From: a bacterium
GTDB taxonomy: Bacteria > Krumholzibacteriota > Krumholzibacteriia > LZORAL124-64-63
NCBI GenBank assembly: GCA_018814885.1
Contig: JAHIYU010000026.1
Location: forward strand, 30,079-94,078
Direction: 5' to 3'
DNA: 64,000 nucleotides
The notes beneath the pieces were generated by a model, which saw nothing but the letters and a program-made list of their open reading frames with translations, had not been told where the DNA came from and searched no databases. Positions 29,175-39,271 of the stretch are shown here, piece by piece. Both the position numbers and the translations under genes were made by a program. Each line of letters starts with the position of its first letter. Position 1 is the first letter of the stretch.

Positions 29175-30408
29175 GCGTGACCATGAAGATAAGTCGCTCT
29201 TCCCCGCGCACCACGATCGCATCGACGGACAGTCCGGGACCGTTCTCCTGCAAGGCGGCGGTCAGATCCTGCAGTCCGGTGATGGTGCGATCACCAAGCT
29301 GGACGAGAACGTCTCCTGCCTGCAGGCCGCTCTCCTCGGCTGGGCCGCCGGGCATCACACCGGCCAGTCGCACGCCATCGACGCCTTCGACGAAGTCCGG
29401 GATCGTGCCCAGCCAGGCGCGCTCGCGACCGCTTATCGCGGGGGCCCGCGGCGGCAGCTCCGCCTGTGCGGTGTAGGGGATTGCACCGGGATGGAGGCGT
29501 GCCGCGGCAGCCAAGTCGCCGGCGTAGGACGCGACACGGGCCAGACCTTCGCCGGAGACCAGTTCCCAGCGATCCGCGGTGGAATGGTACTGGGGGTGGG
29601 GTCCCGTGAACAGGAAGAGGACGGGAATCCCGGCCGAGTCGAATGGCACGTGATCGCTGGCGTCCCACCCGCTGTCGCTCATTTCCAGGCGCAAGCCGTG
29701 GCCCGCATTGGCATCCGTGACCAGGGTGCGCAATACGGGAGACGAGCCGAGGCCGCCCACATAGAGCCTGTCGCCACGTAGACGTCCCACCGAATCGAGG
29801 TTCATCATCAGATCCACAGCGCCCGCGGGCCATGGCGGATGCTCCACCAACCAGGACGATCCCAGCAGCCCTATCTCCTCGCCGGCGAAAGCCACGAAGA
29901 GACAGCTGCGCCGCTCGTCGCCGGGCCCGGCCGCGAGCAACCCGGCCAGCTCGACCAGCACGCTCACGCCCGAGGCGTTGTCCTCTGCGCCGTGATAGAT
30001 GCCGATCACGGTCTCGCCGTCGTCAGCCAGCCTGACGCCGAGATGGTCGTAATGGGCGCCGATGACCATGATCCGCGCGGCCAACACGCCCATACCCGGC
30101 AGCCAGCCGAGTACACTGCGTCCGAAACCGGCGGCTTCATCACCAGGCAGGGGAAAATCCTGGAACCAGCCCTCCCGAGAGGGGACCGTGCTCAGTCCGG
30201 CGTCCGCAAACCAGGCCGCGATGGTGTCAGCCGCCGCCAGCGCCTCAGCCGTACCGTTGCCGCGGCCGGACATTTCCGCGGCGGCGAGGACCCTGACCCG
30301 ATGCGCGAGCCCGGCCGCATCCGGCGCGGCGGCCGTGCCGGCGCTGGACGCGACTGCGGCCAACAAGCCGAGCAGACCGACGGCAAAAAGATGACACCTG
30401 CTCAACAT
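29155..30408 (-). CDS. M28 family peptidase with PDZ domain, secreted
   Basis: IGAHYDHLG, GAEDNASG, FAGEEIGLLGS, SDH, YH, then LGTIPDF..GGPAEESGL PDZ. Confidence 0.88.
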   Translation of the reverse strand: MLSRCHLFAVGLLGLLAAVASSAGTAAAPDAAGLAHRVRVLAAAEMSGRGNGTAEALAAADTIAAWFADAGLSTVPSREGWFQDFPLPGDEAAGFGRSVLGWLPGMGVLAARIMVIGAHYDHLGVRLADDGETVIGIYHGAEDNASGVSVLVELAGLLAAGPGDERRSCLFVAFAGEEIGLLGSSWLVEHPPWPAGAVDLMMNLDSVGRLRGDRLYVGGLGSSPVLRTLVTDANAGHGLRLEMSDSGWDASDHVPFDSAGIPVLFLFTGPHPQYHSTADRWELVSGEGLARVASYAGDLAAAARLHPGAIPYTAQAELPPRAPAISGRERAWLGTIPDFVEGVDGVRLAGVMPGGPAEESGLQAGDVLVQLGDRTITGLQDLTAALQENGPGLSVDAIVVRGEERLIFMVTLRNRPQ

Positions 30409-30461
30409 CGTGGAATACTCCCCGGGCAGACTGCGATCATACACGACAAGGTGCAGCCAAA

Positions 30462-31814
30462 ATGACCGACGTCAAGCCGGACTTCGATGACAGGTTTCGG
30501 GAACTACCGCCGGAAGCGGGCGCGGCCGTTGACGTGATCGAGCGCCTGACCGGAGCCGGCCACGCGGCGTTCCTGGTGGGCGGCGCGGTCCGGAACCTCG
30601 CGCTCGGGCTGCCACCCGGGGATTTCGATGTCGCCACGGCGGCGCGGCCCGAGCGGATCGCGGAGCTGTTCCCGCACACCAAGTTCGTGGGCGCCGCCTT
30701 CGGCGTGACGCTGGTGGTCGTGGGGGACCACCGCATCGAAGTGGCCACTTTCCGCCGCGAACGATCCTATCTGGATGGGCGTCATCCCGATAAAGTCGAG
30801 TTCAGCGATTCGCCCGCCGAAGATGCCCTGCGCCGCGACTTCACGGTCAATGCGCTCTACCTGGATCCGCGCTCGGGCGAGATCCTCGATACCGTCGCGG
30901 GGCTCGACGACTGCCGCGCACGCATTCTGCGCACCGTGGGCGTTCCGGCCGATCGCTTTAGCGAGGACGGCTTGCGCCTGTTGCGGGCCTCCCGTCTGGC
31001 GGCAGGCTGCGAACTCGAGGTCGCGCAAGGCACCCTGGACGCGATGCGCGACTGCCGCGACATGTTGCGCGCCGTGTCACCCGAGCGTCTCGGCGAAGAA
31101 CTGAGTGCGATGTTGACCGGCCCCTCCCCCTCCCGCGCCCTGAACCTGCTGCGCGAGACCGGGTTGCTGGACCTGTTCCTGCCCGAGGTCAGCGCCCTGC
31201 ACGGGGTTCCTCAACCACCGGACTATCACCCCGAGGGAGATGTCTGGACCCACACGATGCTCATGCTGGATCAAGTGAAGCAACCCGACCTCGTTCTCGC
31301 TCTCGGCGTCTTGCTGCACGACATCGGGAAACCGACCGCTTTTCGCCAGGTGGACGGCCGCATCCGGTTCCATGGTCACGAACGCTCAGGCGAGGTCATG
31401 TCCCGGGACGTTCTCGACCGCCTCCGCTTCCCGCGCGCGATTGCGGAGCGGGTGTCATGGCTGGTCTCGCAACACATGCGCTTCTTCGACGCCCGGCTGA
31501 TGCGTCCCTCGACGCTCAAGCGATTCATCCGTCAGGAACACTTCCCCGCCTTGCTCGAACTGCATCGGCTGGACAAGGCCGCGGCAGACGGTGACATGTC
31601 CCTGCACGATTTCTGCCGCGAGCGACGGGCCGCAGCGACCGCCGAGGAACTGGCCCCGCGCCCCCTGTTGAGCGGCGAGGACCTGCTGGCGCTGGGCGTA
31701 CCGCCCGGTCCGCGCGTCGGCGCGCTGCTGCGGGAGTTGGAGACGATGCAGCTGGAGGGTCGCCTGCGCGATCCGGAAGCCGCGCGGCGCTGGGTGCGGG
31801 ATCGCCTCCGGTGA
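30462..31814 (+). CDS. cca: CCA tRNA nucleotidyltransferase / poly(A) polymerase family with HD domain
   Basis: VGGAVR, DFDVAT, EVATFR, DALRRDFTVNAL, RFSED.LR, HPEGDVWTH, LLHDIGK. Confidence 0.88.
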   Translation: MTDVKPDFDDRFRELPPEAGAAVDVIERLTGAGHAAFLVGGAVRNLALGLPPGDFDVATAARPERIAELFPHTKFVGAAFGVTLVVVGDHRIEVATFRRERSYLDGRHPDKVEFSDSPAEDALRRDFTVNALYLDPRSGEILDTVAGLDDCRARILRTVGVPADRFSEDGLRLLRASRLAAGCELEVAQGTLDAMRDCRDMLRAVSPERLGEELSAMLTGPSPSRALNLLRETGLLDLFLPEVSALHGVPQPPDYHPEGDVWTHTMLMLDQVKQPDLVLALGVLLHDIGKPTAFRQVDGRIRFHGHERSGEVMSRDVLDRLRFPRAIAERVSWLVSQHMRFFDARLMRPSTLKRFIRQEHFPALLELHRLDKAAADGDMSLHDFCRERRAAATAEELAPRPLLSGEDLLALGVPPGPRVGALLRELETMQLEGRLRDPEAARRWVRDRLR

Positions 31815-31872
31815 CTCGATCGCACGATCGCCGGCAGCCCAGCGGCGATACGACAATGCGGATCTCCACGAT

Positions 31873-32586
31873 TCAATCACTCGAACGGGAGTCTCGGGAG
31901 GTATGCAACAGCCCGGTGCACGGTGCGCGACCGCCGCAATGGGTCGTCGTCAGATCGACGAAGCGGGCCACATGCTCACGCATGCGGGCGCGGGGGTAGG
32001 AAGAAGTGGCCATGACCGCCACCAGCAGGCTATCCGTATCGCCGGTGACGGCCGTGCGCAGGGAGTCGCTCGTGGGGGAACCGAATGGACCCTCGTCATC
32101 GAAGAGACCGAGCCGCCCGGTGAGATGTACCGGTCCCTTGCGAATGCCCGGGTACTCCTCGCCGGCGCGCCCCAGCCTGAAAGTCACGTCGCCGCGGATC
32201 CTGGAAAGATCGTACAGGCCGATGGGCAGCAGGAACTCCAGGCTGGCCAGATTGCAGACATCGACGGCATTGTTAATCGCGTACAGTTCACCGCCCTTCA
32301 GGATACGGCGCAGCAGCGCCTCGGACGAAGGTCGCGTACGGGTCGGCTGGATGCCGACGGATTTGTAGAGCGTGCGGGCTTCCTGCAGCGGCGCGATCTC
32401 GGATGGCAACAGCCCGCCGTACAATTCGCGAAGCGCAGCGGTCCGGATGACGATCTCCGGCCGGACCGAGTCGCCGGTTTCGACGACGATGCCGTCGATG
32501 GCGGCCAGCCCTACGCACAGCACCGGTCGCACGTCCTCGGCGAGTCGCACCGTTCGTCCTGCGGGCAGATCGAGCGTGAGGTTCAT
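31873..32586 (-). CDS. B3/4 domain protein (PheT-beta editing-like)
   Basis: PTRTRPSSEALLRRIL, INNAVDVCN..S..PIGLYD, D.EGPFGSPTSDS. Confidence 0.85.
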   Translation of the reverse strand: MNLTLDLPAGRTVRLAEDVRPVLCVGLAAIDGIVVETGDSVRPEIVIRTAALRELYGGLLPSEIAPLQEARTLYKSVGIQPTRTRPSSEALLRRILKGGELYAINNAVDVCNLASLEFLLPIGLYDLSRIRGDVTFRLGRAGEEYPGIRKGPVHLTGRLGLFDDEGPFGSPTSDSLRTAVTGDTDSLLVAVMATSSYPRARMREHVARFVDLTTTHCGGRAPCTGLLHTSRDSRSSD

Positions 32587-33608
32587 CCGGACGAATACCG
32601 TCCCCGGTCGCCGTACATCGTCTCATAGTAATCCCGGTAGGCGCCGCTGCGGACCTGCTCCCACCAGTCGCGGTGCTCGAGGTACCAGTCGACCGTGGCG
32701 CGAATGCCCCCGTCGAACTCGTACCGCGGGACCCAGCCGAGCTCGCTTCTGATCCGGGAGGCGTCGATGGCGTATCGTCGATCGTGACCGGGACGGTCGG
32801 CGACGAACGAGATCAACGACTCGTCCTTGCCCAGCATCTCGAGCAAGAGGCGGACGATACGGATGTTCTCCATCTCGTTGTTGCCGCCGATGTTGTACAC
32901 CTCGCCGGGGCGACCCCGGCGCAACACCAGATCGACCGCTTCGCAATGATCGCCTACATAGAGCCAGTCGCGGACGTTCAAGCCGTCGCCGTAAACAGGC
33001 AACGGCTTGTCTTCGAGGGCGTTGGCGATCATCAAGGGAATCAATTTCTCGGGGAATTGGTACGGCCCGTAATTGTTGCTGCATCGCGTGGTCAGGACCG
33101 GCAGGTCGAAGGTATGGAAGTAGGAGCGGCAGACCATGTCGGCGGCCGCCTTGGATGCGGCGTACGGAGAGTTGGGCTGCAAGGGGCTCTCTTCCGTGAA
33201 GAAACCCTCGGATCCCAGCGAACCGTAGACCTCGTCCGTACTGACCTGCAGGAAGCGGGCGACACCCGCCCGGCGCGCAGCTTCCAGCAGCGTCTGCGTT
33301 CCCATGATGTTGGTATCCAGGAACTCGCGCGGACCTTCGATCGAGCGATCCACGTGGCTCTCGGCGGCGAAGTTGACGATCGCCTCGATCTTCTCCTCTG
33401 CGAGTATGCGGTCGATCAGGCCGCGGTCGCGGATGTCGCCGCGCACGAACCTGTAGGCCTCGTAATCCTCGTAACCGGACAGGTTCTCCAGATTCCCCGC
33501 ATAGGTCAACGCATCCAGGTTCACGATCTTGTCCTGGCCGCGTGCCAGCAGCAGGCGGACGTAGTTGGCACCGATGAAACCGGCACCGCCGGTCACCAGG
33601 AGATTCAT
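32583..33608 (-). CDS. rfbB: dTDP-glucose 4,6-dehydratase
   Basis: MNLLVTGGAGFIG, NFAAESHVDRSI, QVSTDEVYG, YAASK, NNYGPYQFPEKLIP, DRPGHDRRYAID. Confidence 0.96.
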   Translation of the reverse strand: MNLLVTGGAGFIGANYVRLLLARGQDKIVNLDALTYAGNLENLSGYEDYEAYRFVRGDIRDRGLIDRILAEEKIEAIVNFAAESHVDRSIEGPREFLDTNIMGTQTLLEAARRAGVARFLQVSTDEVYGSLGSEGFFTEESPLQPNSPYAASKAAADMVCRSYFHTFDLPVLTTRCSNNYGPYQFPEKLIPLMIANALEDKPLPVYGDGLNVRDWLYVGDHCEAVDLVLRRGRPGEVYNIGGNNEMENIRIVRLLLEMLGKDESLISFVADRPGHDRRYAIDASRIRSELGWVPRYEFDGGIRATVDWYLEHRDWWEQVRSGAYRDYYETMYGDRGRYSSG

Positions 33609-34432
33609 CGCAGCCCCCTGTCTGTGGATTCGCGCATCGCGGCCACGAACGATATGACGCGCTCCGGATCGATACGGTGGCGCCCGGTGTCGGCGGCGGA
33701 TTTCAGCGACGACCCAACGATGAACCCGTCGGCGCCGGGCAGGAAGCGGGACAGGTTCCCGCGCGCCGCGCCGCTGCCGATCAACAGCGGACAGTCGGGC
33801 AGTTCGGCGCGGGCCGCGGTCAGCTCGGCTGGGTCCGCCGCTTCGCCGGTGGCGGGACCCGAGATGATGACGGCGTCCGCGAGACCGCGCCTGCGCAGGT
33901 CGCCGGCCTCCTCGGCCAAGGGACGTGGCGCGAGCGGGACCGCATGCTTGACGCGCAGGTCGGCCATGATGCCCACACCGGGGGCGAGGATCCTCCTCGA
34001 CCGCAACGTTTCGGCCGCCCGGCCCTGCAGGAGACCCTGGTCGGTCAGGGCCGCTCCCGTGTGCACGTTGACGCGTATGAACGAGGCGCCGACCGCCGCC
34101 GCGACGCCCAACGCCGCACGGGCATCGTTGCGGAGCACGTTGATCCCCAGGGGCAGCCCGGCGCAGGCTTCCCGTACCGCTGCGGCGGCGCGCGTGATGG
34201 CAGCCACGGTCTCGGGGGGCACCTGCTCGGCGAAGAACGGAACGTCGTGGTAATTCTCCACCATCACCGCGCCCACGCCGCCGTCCGCCAACGCCGCGGC
34301 ATCCTCGCCGGCCGCCGCCAAGACGGCGCCCATGTCGCCGCCCCAGTCCGGAGAACCCGGCAGAGGCAGCAGATGCACCATGCCGATGACGGGCATGGGC
34401 ATCAAATCCCGGAAGTATTCCCTCGTCCACAT
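33605..34432 (-). CDS. BtpA/SgcQ family protein
   Basis: VIGMVHLLPLPGSP, VENYHDVPF, GINVLRND, FIRVNV, ADLRVKHA, SGPATG, LIGSG, IVGSSLK. Confidence 0.9.
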   Translation of the reverse strand: MWTREYFRDLMPMPVIGMVHLLPLPGSPDWGGDMGAVLAAAGEDAAALADGGVGAVMVENYHDVPFFAEQVPPETVAAITRAAAAVREACAGLPLGINVLRNDARAALGVAAAVGASFIRVNVHTGAALTDQGLLQGRAAETLRSRRILAPGVGIMADLRVKHAVPLAPRPLAEEAGDLRRRGLADAVIISGPATGEAADPAELTAARAELPDCPLLIGSGAARGNLSRFLPGADGFIVGSSLKSAADTGRHRIDPERVISFVAAMRESTDRGLR

Positions 34433-34438
34433 CGGTCG

Positions 34439-34467
34439 ATTATAACACCTGTCAACTGGGCGGCAAA
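34439..34467 (-). promoter_or_regulatory. Extended -10 promoter, probably leaderless, for btpA-rfbB-B3/4
   Basis: Minus strand TG-T-TATAAT only 6 nt before ATG 34432, with TTGCCG 16 nt upstream and no SD. Confidence 0.55.
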
Positions 34468-34564
34468 GCCGCATCAGGCCCCCGGCAATACGGACTGGTC
34501 AAGATCGGACGGGTCGGGTACATTGCTCGGGTCCTCGGCAATAGCAACCAGGAGCGATTAACCG

Positions 34565-35155
34565 ATGCAGATCATCCACGGCAAGACCGGCTGGATAGAA
34601 GTCATCTGCGGCCCCATGTTCAGCGGCAAGAGCGAGGAACTCATCCGCCGCATCAGGCGGGCCCAGATCGCCCGGCAGCGGATCCAGCTCTTCAAGCCGA
34701 ACATCGACGACCGCTACAGCGAGCACGAGATCGTCACCCACAGCCAGCAGCGACTGCCCAGCACGCCGGTGGCGTCCAGTCCCGACATCCTGGAATGTCT
34801 GCACGACAAGACCGAGGTGGTGGGCATCGACGAGGCCCAGTTCTTCGACGACGACATCACCGAAGTCTGCAACAAGCTGGCGAACCTGGGCAAGCGGGTG
34901 ATCGTGGCGGGGTTGGATATGGACTTCCGCGGCGAACCCTTCGAACCCATTCCCAGGTTGATGGCCATCGCAGAGTACGTCACCAAGCAACTGGCAATCT
35001 GCGTGCGGTGCGGCAACCCGGCGAACCATACGCAACGCCTGACCGACAACACGCAGAAGATCGTAGTGGGAACACAGGGCACCTATGAAGCCCGCTGCCG
35101 ACAATGCTTCGAGCATCCGCAGATACCAGCCGCAGGCGAGGCCGAAGAATCCTGA
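34565..35155 (+). CDS. tdk: Thymidine kinase
   Basis: ICGPMFSGKSEELIRR, GIDEAQFF, AGLDMDF, CVRCG..YEARCRQC. Confidence 0.96.
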   Translation: MQIIHGKTGWIEVICGPMFSGKSEELIRRIRRAQIARQRIQLFKPNIDDRYSEHEIVTHSQQRLPSTPVASSPDILECLHDKTEVVGIDEAQFFDDDITEVCNKLANLGKRVIVAGLDMDFRGEPFEPIPRLMAIAEYVTKQLAICVRCGNPANHTQRLTDNTQKIVVGTQGTYEARCRQCFEHPQIPAAGEAEES

Positions 35156-35161
35156 GCGGGA

Positions 35162-36694
35162 TCAGTCGAGATCGTCGAGTGAGACGTCGACCAGCCGGCG
35201 CGCAAGGGTACCGAACAACTCAAGGTCCACACCGAGCTTGCGGGCGGCGGCGCTTTCGCGATGGTAGCGTTCCCACGACCAGGGATCCTCGACCTCGGCG
35301 CATTGGACCAAGTCCTCGCCAAGCCCGATCACCGTGCCGAGTCCCTCCGGGTCGTTGTCGAGCTCCAGATCGTGGTGGTGTCTGACCGCCTGGGCGAGCC
35401 GCCTGCTCAGTCCCCAGTCGTCGATCAGCAATGCGCCCAGGGTGCCGTGATCGTAGCCCAGGAGCTCCTTCTCGACCCTCCAGAGCGGGACCTCCCGCTC
35501 GAGGCTGGTCTGCTCGATATGCTCGCAGAGTCCCGGGAGAGCCCTGGCCAGGATGAGTTGCCCGATATTCTGCATCAGCCCACCGACGAAGGCGATCTCG
35601 CAGTCGTCGAGCCCCCGCTCCTCGGCCACGATCTGGCTGGCCACTGCGGATCGCACGGAGCGGGACCAGATGCGGTGCAGCAGGGGGCTGGTGTCCACGC
35701 CGGGGAAGACCGCACGCGAGGCCGCGACGAGGGTCCAGTTGCGCACGGTCTTGAAACCCAAGCGTACGACCGCGTCGCGGATCGCCTTGATCTCGCTGTT
35801 GCCTTCGTAGAAAGACGAGTTGGCCACGCGCAACATGCGTGCCGTCAACACCAGGTCGCGGGCGATCTCCTTCTCCAGCTGGGCCGCCGTCGTGCGCGGA
35901 TCGCCGAGCAGTTCCAGGATGCGCCCGGCCACCTGCGGCAAGGCGGTGAGTTCGCCCAGCATCCCGAAGATCCGCTCCGGCGGCAGCTCACCCGGTTTCA
36001 AGTCGGCACAACTCGTCAGCTCCCGCTCGTGCTGGGCTTTCATCTGGGCCGCGTGGATCGTCTGTGTGTGCAGCCCCACCGGTAATACGTCGTGTTCCAG
36101 GCCGTGAAGACGCATGACGGCGTAACGCGCCAGCGCGGTGACTCCCCTGATACGCTCGGCGCCTTCGAAGCTGAGCCAATCCAGGTAGAGATATGTGCCC
36201 CAGCGTCCGCGCAGCGGCAACGGCACCAGCAGGATGGGACGATCCTCCGAGGCATGGAGAACCCGTGACAGTTCGGGCGGGAAATACTCGAGAGGGAACG
36301 GACCGCTGTAGACCACCTTCTCGCGCGAGAGCACCATGAAGATATCCGTCTCCCGCAGGGCGATCACCTTCGGTCTGATCGACTTCGGGTCCAGCAGGCG
36401 CGGGGGCAACTCGACGCCTTGCGCCAGCATCACGCGCAGCCCTTCACCCCAGTTGCGCAGCAGGAGCAGCCGGCCGCCCTGGCGCTCGGCGAGATCGACA
36501 AAGATGCGCACGACATCGCCGGCTTCGACGACCTTGTCGAGGGCTTCCAGACCGGAGATGAGATCCGGGAGCACGGTGGCTGGATCCGTTTGCCGCACGC
36601 CGCCGAGCACGTCGACACCTGCCAGGCATCTCAGTTCCCTTTCCTGTATTTGCTTTTCGTGGTGCGTGAGCACGATCTCGTCTAATTGGCCCAA
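35162..36694 (-). CDS. HDOD-domain signal protein with GAF-like N-terminus
   Basis: LTALPQVAGRIL, IARD.VLTARMLRVANSSFY, AVVRLGF, GGLMQNIGQL, HGTLGALLIDDWGL..AVRHHH. Confidence 0.85.
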   Translation of the reverse strand: MGQLDEIVLTHHEKQIQERELRCLAGVDVLGGVRQTDPATVLPDLISGLEALDKVVEAGDVVRIFVDLAERQGGRLLLLRNWGEGLRVMLAQGVELPPRLLDPKSIRPKVIALRETDIFMVLSREKVVYSGPFPLEYFPPELSRVLHASEDRPILLVPLPLRGRWGTYLYLDWLSFEGAERIRGVTALARYAVMRLHGLEHDVLPVGLHTQTIHAAQMKAQHERELTSCADLKPGELPPERIFGMLGELTALPQVAGRILELLGDPRTTAAQLEKEIARDLVLTARMLRVANSSFYEGNSEIKAIRDAVVRLGFKTVRNWTLVAASRAVFPGVDTSPLLHRIWSRSVRSAVASQIVAEERGLDDCEIAFVGGLMQNIGQLILARALPGLCEHIEQTSLEREVPLWRVEKELLGYDHGTLGALLIDDWGLSRRLAQAVRHHHDLELDNDPEGLGTVIGLGEDLVQCAEVEDPWSWERYHRESAAARKLGVDLELFGTLARRLVDVSLDDLD

Positions 36695-36874
36695 TTATCC
36701 ACTCCCTCTGTCATCCGGCGCACCGGCGCCAAAAGAAGGCATCCGACGTTGTTATCGGCCGTCAACCGGGATAATTAAGCCGGATTACTGGCAAATAGCG
36801 GTGGATGTTATATGCTGGTGCGCGTGCAATCGGTAGACGAGGATCCCTGGAAACCGCTTGGAAAGAGGTCGGCC

Positions 36875-37240
36875 ATGTCCAACCGGATCACCAAGTCGTT
36901 CACGTTCGATTCCGCCCACTGGCTGCCCAACGTCCCGCAGGGCCACAAGTGCGGCCGGATGCATGGGCACACCTACACCATCGTCATCGGCGTCGAGGGC
37001 GAGGTCGATCCGGAGTCGGGCTGGATCGTCGATTTCGGGGACATCAAGGCCGCCTTCAAGCCGTTGGAAAAGATCATGGATCACCGTTGCCTCAACGAGG
37101 TCGAAGGACTCGAGAATCCGACGGCCGAGAACATGGCCCGCTGGATCTACACGCGGATGAAGAGCGACCTGCCGCAGATAGCCGACGTCACCGTGAGGGA
37201 GACGCCCACGTCCGCCGCGGTCTACCGCCGCGAGGATTGA
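36875..37240 (+). CDS. queD: 6-carboxy-5,6,7,8-tetrahydropterin synthase
   Basis: FDSAHWLP, CGRMHGHTY, GWIVDFGDIK, MDHRCLN, NPTAENMA, VRET. Confidence 0.92.
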   Translation: MSNRITKSFTFDSAHWLPNVPQGHKCGRMHGHTYTIVIGVEGEVDPESGWIVDFGDIKAAFKPLEKIMDHRCLNEVEGLENPTAENMARWIYTRMKSDLPQIADVTVRETPTSAAVYRRED

Positions 37241-37255
37241 CGCCCCAGCCCGGCC

Positions 37256-39271
37256 TCAATGGGTCCGCAGCCATTCCCGCGCATGCGCGTCCGCGGGATT
37301 CAGCCGCAGCAGTCTCTGGTACGCGCTCCGCGCCTCGGCCATGCGCCCCGCACGATCGTGGATCTCTGCCAGATTACCGAGAGCCTGCCAGTAGCCCGGA
37401 CTCATTTCCAGGACCTGCCCGAAAGCCGATTCGGCTTCGCGATCCCGGCCGAGCGACATCAGGCACATACCGGCGCCGAACAGGGCACCGGTCTCGCGCT
37501 GCTTGCGGTTCAGGGTCTGGAAACGCCTCAGGGCCATGCCGTACTCGCCGTTGTGGTAGGCCACCCAGGCGGAACCGAGCATGGCCCCCCGGTCATCGGG
37601 ATTCGAGCGCAGGACGATCTCGAACTGGACCTCCGCCTCGTCCACGCGTCCCGCAGACAACAGCAGGTCGCCCAGCTTCAGCCGGGCCGTATGCGAATTG
37701 GGACTCGCATCCACCCATTGGAGGGTCGCCTGCAGCGCTTCGTTCTCCCGGCCTTCCCTGCGCAAGGCGTCGCCGAGGGCGTCGTAGAGATTGTCCTGCA
37801 CGAGATCGAAGTGCCGGTTCGGGTAGCGGCGTTGGACGGCGAGCGCTTCGCGGTAGGCTGCAACGGCCAGATCCGTGTCGCCCCGGGTGATGTAGGCGTT
37901 GCCCAGGGTGAAGTGATAGAAGGGATTCGCTTCGGTCCGGTGCTCCTCGAAGCTGAGGAAATCGCTCAGCGAGAAGGCCAGCAGGGACAAGGCGAGGAGC
38001 GGGCCGATCAAGCCGTGCTCCCAACAGCGCCGCCGGCCGGCCGATACCAGGGCGTCCAATCCCGCACCTGCGGGGATGGTCATCATCGCGGCGAGGGGGA
38101 GGCGGAACCTCGCGTTGACGAAGAAGAGCAGTATGGACACGCCATAGGCCGAGACGGCTCCCAGCAGCAGGGTTCGCGATCGGGAATCCCCGTCCCGCCT
38201 CGACCAGCCGAGCACGGCGAGGAACAGCAGGGCCGGCCATCCTACCAGCAAGGGGACCTTCAACAACGGCGACCACTCCCGCCAGGCGTAGATGTACTTG
38301 TTGTTGGACCGCTCCCCCGCCCCCAGCAACATGCTCAGTTTGCGCCAGTACAGGGCCGCCGCCGCCGCCGGCTCCTCGATCCAGAAGGCGAGGCCGCGCT
38401 CGAGGAAATACCGATCGATCTCCGAATGCTTCAGCTGCCGGCCCTCGGCACGTTCGGCCATGGCCACGGCGTCGTCGTAGCCACCCTGCCAGGTGGGACG
38501 GGTGCCCGGCACGATGGCGGTGCGCCCGTCCGAAGCCGGATTGTTGCCGATGAAGAAGTTCACGCCGCCCTGGCTGGCGATCGGGACCAGGTCGCCGCTC
38601 CGCACCAGGTTCGACACGGACACCGGCGCGATCGGCAGGGCGAGCCCCACGGCCAGCATCACCCATCCCGCCGGACGCACCCGGAGCGCGCGCCAGACGT
38701 ACCAGGCCAGCACCGGCAGGACGATGAGGATGTTGGGTCTGGCGATCACCGACAGACCCAGGATCAGCCCCACCAGGAACAGACTTCGCGCGCGGGGGTG
38801 TGCGCCCACCCGCAGGAGCAGCCACAACCACAACAGGTTCAAGGTAGTGGGGACCGTGACGAGCAGCAGTTCGGCGGAGAAGTAGATGCTGGTCCACAGG
38901 GCGGCTAGCAGGAATCCGGCCAGATAGCCCGCTCGCCTTCCCCACAACCTGTCGGCGGACAACGCCGCCAGTCCGGCGCCCAGAGCTGACACGGCCACGT
39001 GCACGAGTTGCACCGGGAATCGCGCGCCGTCGAAAATCCAGTAGAGTCCCGCCAGCAGGTAGGGATAGAGAGGAGCCCGGAAGAAGGGCTCGGCGCCCGG
39101 CCAGGTGCCCGCGAGAATGCCCCGCGCCCAGGCGTCGTGCATGGCGGCGTCCATGATAGGCTGCTCGAAAAGGGGATTCCCGCGCATGAACCATAGATGG
39201 ACCAGGCGCAGCGCGAAGGCCGCGCCCGTCACGATCCAGAACATCCGGCTCTGTCCGGTGATCGACTTCAC
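37256..39271 (-). CDS. ArnT/PMT-like (GT-C) membrane glycosyltransferase with C-terminal TPRs
   Basis: MDAAMHD, PFFRAPLYPYLLA, multiple TM helices, ARPNIL, GVNFFIGNNP, C-terminal TPRs. GTG start overlaps the batD stop (TAGTG). Confidence 0.78.
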   Translation of the reverse strand: MKSITGQSRMFWIVTGAAFALRLVHLWFMRGNPLFEQPIMDAAMHDAWARGILAGTWPGAEPFFRAPLYPYLLAGLYWIFDGARFPVQLVHVAVSALGAGLAALSADRLWGRRAGYLAGFLLAALWTSIYFSAELLLVTVPTTLNLLWLWLLLRVGAHPRARSLFLVGLILGLSVIARPNILIVLPVLAWYVWRALRVRPAGWVMLAVGLALPIAPVSVSNLVRSGDLVPIASQGGVNFFIGNNPASDGRTAIVPGTRPTWQGGYDDAVAMAERAEGRQLKHSEIDRYFLERGLAFWIEEPAAAAALYWRKLSMLLGAGERSNNKYIYAWREWSPLLKVPLLVGWPALLFLAVLGWSRRDGDSRSRTLLLGAVSAYGVSILLFFVNARFRLPLAAMMTIPAGAGLDALVSAGRRRCWEHGLIGPLLALSLLAFSLSDFLSFEEHRTEANPFYHFTLGNAYITRGDTDLAVAAYREALAVQRRYPNRHFDLVQDNLYDALGDALRREGRENEALQATLQWVDASPNSHTARLKLGDLLLSAGRVDEAEVQFEIVLRSNPDDRGAMLGSAWVAYHNGEYGMALRRFQTLNRKQRETGALFGAGMCLMSLGRDREAESAFGQVLEMSPGYWQALGNLAEIHDRAGRMAEARSAYQRLLRLNPADAHAREWLRTH

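Noticed and set aside
32583-34430. 615-aa rfbB ORF
   Set aside because: The N-terminal part is a shadow frame of btpA. The Rossmann motif begins at 33608.
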